This document shows, piece after piece, positions 60,793 through 64,000 of a DNA stretch of 64,000 nt (its first letter is position 1; the number at the start of each line of letters is the position of its first letter). The notes under the pieces were generated by a model, which had not been told where the DNA came from, did not search any database, and was given only the letters and a program-made list of their open reading frames with translations. The DNA comes from Myxococcales bacterium (GTDB lineage Bacteria; Myxococcota_A; UBA9042). The position numbers and the translations under genes were made by a program. The DNA lies in contig JBBISH010000018.1 in the NCBI GenBank assembly GCA_037441385.1, forward strand, positions 1-64,000. The letters run 5' to 3'.

Positions 60793-61070
60793 TTGGGGGG
60801 CATTTTCTACCCCGTGAAATCAGGACATTTGTTCCGCGCGTCAGCGATGCTGGCCCCGCAGGGGTGGCGGCGCCGTGCGGACGTCGCCACCGCCGGGAGC
60901 AGGTTGCTGGGTTTCGGCAGGACTGTTCGTCGACCGGCGGCCGCAGCGCGACGGCCCGGCCCACCGCTGGGTTCCTGCGAACTGAGTTCAGAAAATGCCC
61001 CCCAACTTGGGTTCGCCGGGCCGGGACGCCCAAAAGCCTTTGGGAATGCGCAGTAGAAATTGCCCGCCAA
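60793..61070 (+). repeat. 278-bp structured element, copy C (complete)
   Basis: 18-bp terminal inverted repeats TTGGGGGGCATTTTCTAC / GTAGAAATTGCCCGCCAA with two mismatches. Confidence 0.88.
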
Positions 61071-61128
61071 CGCGACGACCCAGGCCGTCCGGCCAGCCGC
61101 AGCGAGCGCGAAACCGCCCGCCCCGACT

Positions 61129-61590
61129 CTACAAGCTGGCCACCAGCAGCAACGTACCGCCCAGCGTGACGACCACCGTCACCAGCGTCGCGACCAGCGT
61201 CGATTTCCCGGGGTCGTAGACCTGCAGCGACAGACGCTCGATGTTTGGCAACGCGTAGGTGTGCGGATTTTCTCCGGAAGAGGTAATGTCGAGCAGGTCG
61301 CCGTCGTGGATCTGCGCGGCTAGCGGGCGCAAGTGCCGCACCGGCGCCTGACCGAATTCGCGGACCAGAACCGCCGCAAAGCCCTCGATGTGAATGGGTT
61401 TGCCGGCAGGGTCGGCCACGACGACCCCCACCGAGGGCGGCAGCGGCGCACCAACGGCCGGGGCCGCGAAGGTGCGGTCGTTCAGTTTGGGCAGCTCGCT
61501 GGGGCGAATGTCGACCTCGTGGCTGCACCCGGCGAGCCAAGCCACAAGCAGCGGCCACACCCAAAGCGTCAAGCGCACCCGCATGGCCAT
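61129..61590 (-). CDS. Hypothetical lipoprotein with C-terminal TM
   Basis: Lipobox LAGC; overlaps the upstream stop. Confidence 0.7.
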   Translation of the reverse strand: MAMRVRLTLWVWPLLVAWLAGCSHEVDIRPSELPKLNDRTFAAPAVGAPLPPSVGVVVADPAGKPIHIEGFAAVLVREFGQAPVRHLRPLAAQIHDGDLLDITSSGENPHTYALPNIERLSLQVYDPGKSTLVATLVTVVVTLGGTLLLVASL

Positions 61591-61871
61591 CACGGACATT
61601 GGCAGAACCCCCCGTTGCAGCTGCCCGTGGCGTAGTTGGGGCAGTGGCAGTCGTACTTGGATTTGCACTCAAACGCGACGCACAGCCCCTTTTGGCACGT
61701 CCAGCCGTATTCGCCGTAGCCGAGTGCCGAGCCACTGTGGCACTGATTGTCGGTTTGGCACGGGCAGCCAGCAGTGCCCAGCGTGCAGCCGCCGGGGTTG
61801 GGCAGCGGCGCCTCGGCCAGGCAGCCGGCAACGGTCAGACCGAGCAAAATGGGCAGGATCTTCGCGATCAT
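61590..61871 (-). CDS. Small Cys-rich lipoprotein
   Basis: Lipobox VAGC; many Cys in 93 aa; ATGA overlap with the caspase stop. Confidence 0.75.
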   Translation of the reverse strand: MIAKILPILLGLTVAGCLAEAPLPNPGGCTLGTAGCPCQTDNQCHSGSALGYGEYGWTCQKGLCVAFECKSKYDCHCPNYATGSCNGGFCQCP

Positions 61872-63868
61872 TGCAGCCACCCCAAGCTGAAGACCACGCC
61901 GCGGCGGCCGTCGCCGATCACATCGTAGCGGTACTGGCCGCAGAGCAAGAACGACTCGCTGAGCAACACATCGACGCCGGCGTAGGCGGGAACGCCCAAG
62001 GCGGCGTCGGTAAGGCTCAAGTGGTTGGCCACGCTGCCGATCTTGAAGTCGACGTCGTAGCTCAGGCGAGCCAACTGCACGCCGGCGCCGCCAAAGAAGC
62101 GCAAGCGTCGCCAGCTCCAACGGCCCAGCAAATCCAGCGACATGTGCATGTCCGAAGCGCTGGTGATCGTGCCGCGGGTGCCGGCATAGAGGTCGCCCAG
62201 CTCGTAGTCGCTGCTGCCCACGCTGGGGACGTAGCTGCCGCTGCCATGGACGGTCACCGGGACCGCCACGTCGCGGGCGAACGCCATGCCAAAGGCGGCG
62301 CTGAATGCGAGGTGGGGCGCGCCCGAAACCCACCGCAACTCGAACCCTTGGGGGTTGATCGGCGCGCGACCGCTGTCGAAGGCGACCGATTCGGACGACG
62401 AGCTGGTGCTGGTGGGGTGGATGGCGTCGTTGGAATTGTGCGACGTGTAGCTAACTTTCGCGTTGCTCAGGCCGCTGCTGGCGGCAAGACTGGCGCGGGG
62501 TTGCAGCGCGTAGCTCCAGCCAAGACGCAGATCGCCGTGGTCGTCGAACTCGGGACCGCGCGGAGCACTCGACCGCATCGGCAGCGTCACGTCGAGGGAT
62601 CGCCCGGCGATCGCCTCGATGGCAGAGAACGCCAGCAGATAGCCACTGGCAGTACAGCGCACCACGTAGGGACCTGGATCTACAGAAAAACTAGCCGGAC
62701 TAGTGCGACTCACGCCGTCGATGACTGCGCTGGAGTGGGGCGCCTGGCAAGTGACGTGAACGCTGGCGTGCTCCGCCGTCGGCGTTTCAGGCAGGGGCGC
62801 GCCCTCGACCTGCGGCGGCTGCGGGCCACTGCCGGGCAGGCGCTCGGGAACGGGGTCGCGAGACGGGCGCGGCGTGACGAACAGGAACTCCCCTTCGCCA
62901 CTGCGGCCAAGCTGCGGCAACTGGGCGCTGTGCAGTTCGGACGCGGCCACCCGCACTACGTTCGGTTTGACAAAGGTGACCAGCTCGTCGGTCGTGACCA
63001 AGCCGTCGCGATTGGCATCCGCCGCGCCGCGCAGACCTTCCAACACAAAGCCGGTGAACAGGCCCGCACCGCGGTATTCATGCGCTTCTTGCCCGGCAGC
63101 CCCGGCAACGAGCGCCACCCGCACCGGGCGCTTGATCACCTCGCTGACGTAGTCGCGGGTCCCGGGCGGCAGGCCCACCGCGCGGGTGCCGATGGCCAGG
63201 CCCGAATAGCAGGCATCCGCCAGGTACAGCACATGGCGCGCCGGGTAGCTGGAAAACCAGCGCTGCAGCTCGGCCATGCTGATGCCCGTGCTTGCCGGGT
63301 GCTCGCGGCGACCGTCAAAGGGCATCAAATAGCCCATCGCCTCGGCATCTTGGCCGCGCGACAGGCCGTGTCCCGCAAAGTAGATGACCACGCGGTCATC
63401 CGGCTGCAAAATCCCAGGCAATTCGTCGCCCACCAGCGCGGTAATCGCCGAGCGCGTGGCCTGTTCGTCTAGCAATAGCCGGACCTCGAACCCCACACTG
63501 CGCAAATACGCGGCCACGTTGCGAGCGTCGCGCTTGGCACCCCCCAGCGGCGGCAGGTTGGGATACGCGTCGATGCCGATGACCACCGCGATCGATCGAC
63601 GGTAGAGAGTCAGCTTGGCGCCGCTGGGCTGCAAATACTCGGTCGGACCCAGGACTTCGGCCCCGCGGCTCACGTCTTCGCTTGCCGCCAGCGCCGGTAA
63701 AAGCAGGGTCAGCAGCGCGAACCAGACCACAAGGGACCGGCCGCACCGCGGCGCGACTTGGCGCAGTTGCTGCAGTTTCGAGGCGAACACGGCCAACTCC
63801 GCACAGGGCACCCGATGGTAGTGCGGTGCGCCTGCGAAGTCGAGCCGCGGCAATCTTCCGCGGATCAA
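61868..63868 (-). CDS. Exported caspase-like (C14) protease with PEGA-like domain and putative C-terminal beta-barrel (start uncertain)
   Basis: AVVIGIDAY, YFAGHG and DACYSG motifs; alternating beta-strands ending FSLGWLQ. Confidence 0.88.
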   Translation of the reverse strand: MIRGRLPRLDFAGAPHYHRVPCAELAVFASKLQQLRQVAPRCGRSLVVWFALLTLLLPALAASEDVSRGAEVLGPTEYLQPSGAKLTLYRRSIAVVIGIDAYPNLPPLGGAKRDARNVAAYLRSVGFEVRLLLDEQATRSAITALVGDELPGILQPDDRVVIYFAGHGLSRGQDAEAMGYLMPFDGRREHPASTGISMAELQRWFSSYPARHVLYLADACYSGLAIGTRAVGLPPGTRDYVSEVIKRPVRVALVAGAAGQEAHEYRGAGLFTGFVLEGLRGAADANRDGLVTTDELVTFVKPNVVRVAASELHSAQLPQLGRSGEGEFLFVTPRPSRDPVPERLPGSGPQPPQVEGAPLPETPTAEHASVHVTCQAPHSSAVIDGVSRTSPASFSVDPGPYVVRCTASGYLLAFSAIEAIAGRSLDVTLPMRSSAPRGPEFDDHGDLRLGWSYALQPRASLAASSGLSNAKVSYTSHNSNDAIHPTSTSSSSESVAFDSGRAPINPQGFELRWVSGAPHLAFSAAFGMAFARDVAVPVTVHGSGSYVPSVGSSDYELGDLYAGTRGTITSASDMHMSLDLLGRWSWRRLRFFGGAGVQLARLSYDVDFKIGSVANHLSLTDAALGVPAYAGVDVLLSESFLLCGQYRYDVIGDGRRGVVFSLGWLQ

Positions 63869-63921
63869 GAGGTTGGGGGCCGCCGAACCGGTGCGACGGC
63901 CCCCAGGCCCTGTGGGCCGCG

Positions 63922-64000
63922 CTACTCCGCCGTGTAGGTGGGGTTCGTGGTGCCGGTGACCGTGGTGGCCTTGATCGAGATGCGGCCCACGCCGCCGCTG
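63922..64000 (-). CDS. 3' end of a gene entering from beyond the window
   Basis: ...SGGVGRISIKATTVTGTTNPTYTAE*. Confidence 0.5.
   Translation of the reverse strand, partial: SGGVGRISIKATTVTGTTNPTYTAE

Overview
GC-rich 64-kb chromosomal window, most consistent with a Myxococcota/'Deltaproteobacteria'-type genome (inferred from many Cys-rich lipoproteins, a Ser/Thr kinase, an exported caspase and an FGE-domain protein). The left half is mostly + strand housekeeping and envelope genes: ferredoxin, MoxR, folE, greB, DUF1343, ruvCAB, a kinase, a YbdK-type ligase and an S41 protease. About 30.8-38.5 kb is a repeat-dense accessory islet with a DUF1016-N-like protein, an AAA-DUF4143 ATPase and an OLD-like ABC-ATPase/TOPRIM protein. 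About 44-64 kb is a - strand cluster of surface and secreted proteins. I saw no rRNA, tRNA, CRISPR array, transposase, integrase or reverse transcriptase. Main unexplained signals: (1) a five-copy, exactly 132-bp TAC...GTA miniature element with apparent 3-bp TNA duplications, found at stop codons and twice in frame just after the start codon of lipoprotein genes; (2) a three-copy ~280-bp covarying multi-stem element; (3) a 31-bp motif whose inverted pair brackets the 6.5-kb islet; (4) a perfect palindrome repeated upstream of two islet genes; (5) an A9/T9 tract that splits a TPR plus GT-C-like membrane protein by one base. All product calls come from reading motifs by eye, not from database searches.
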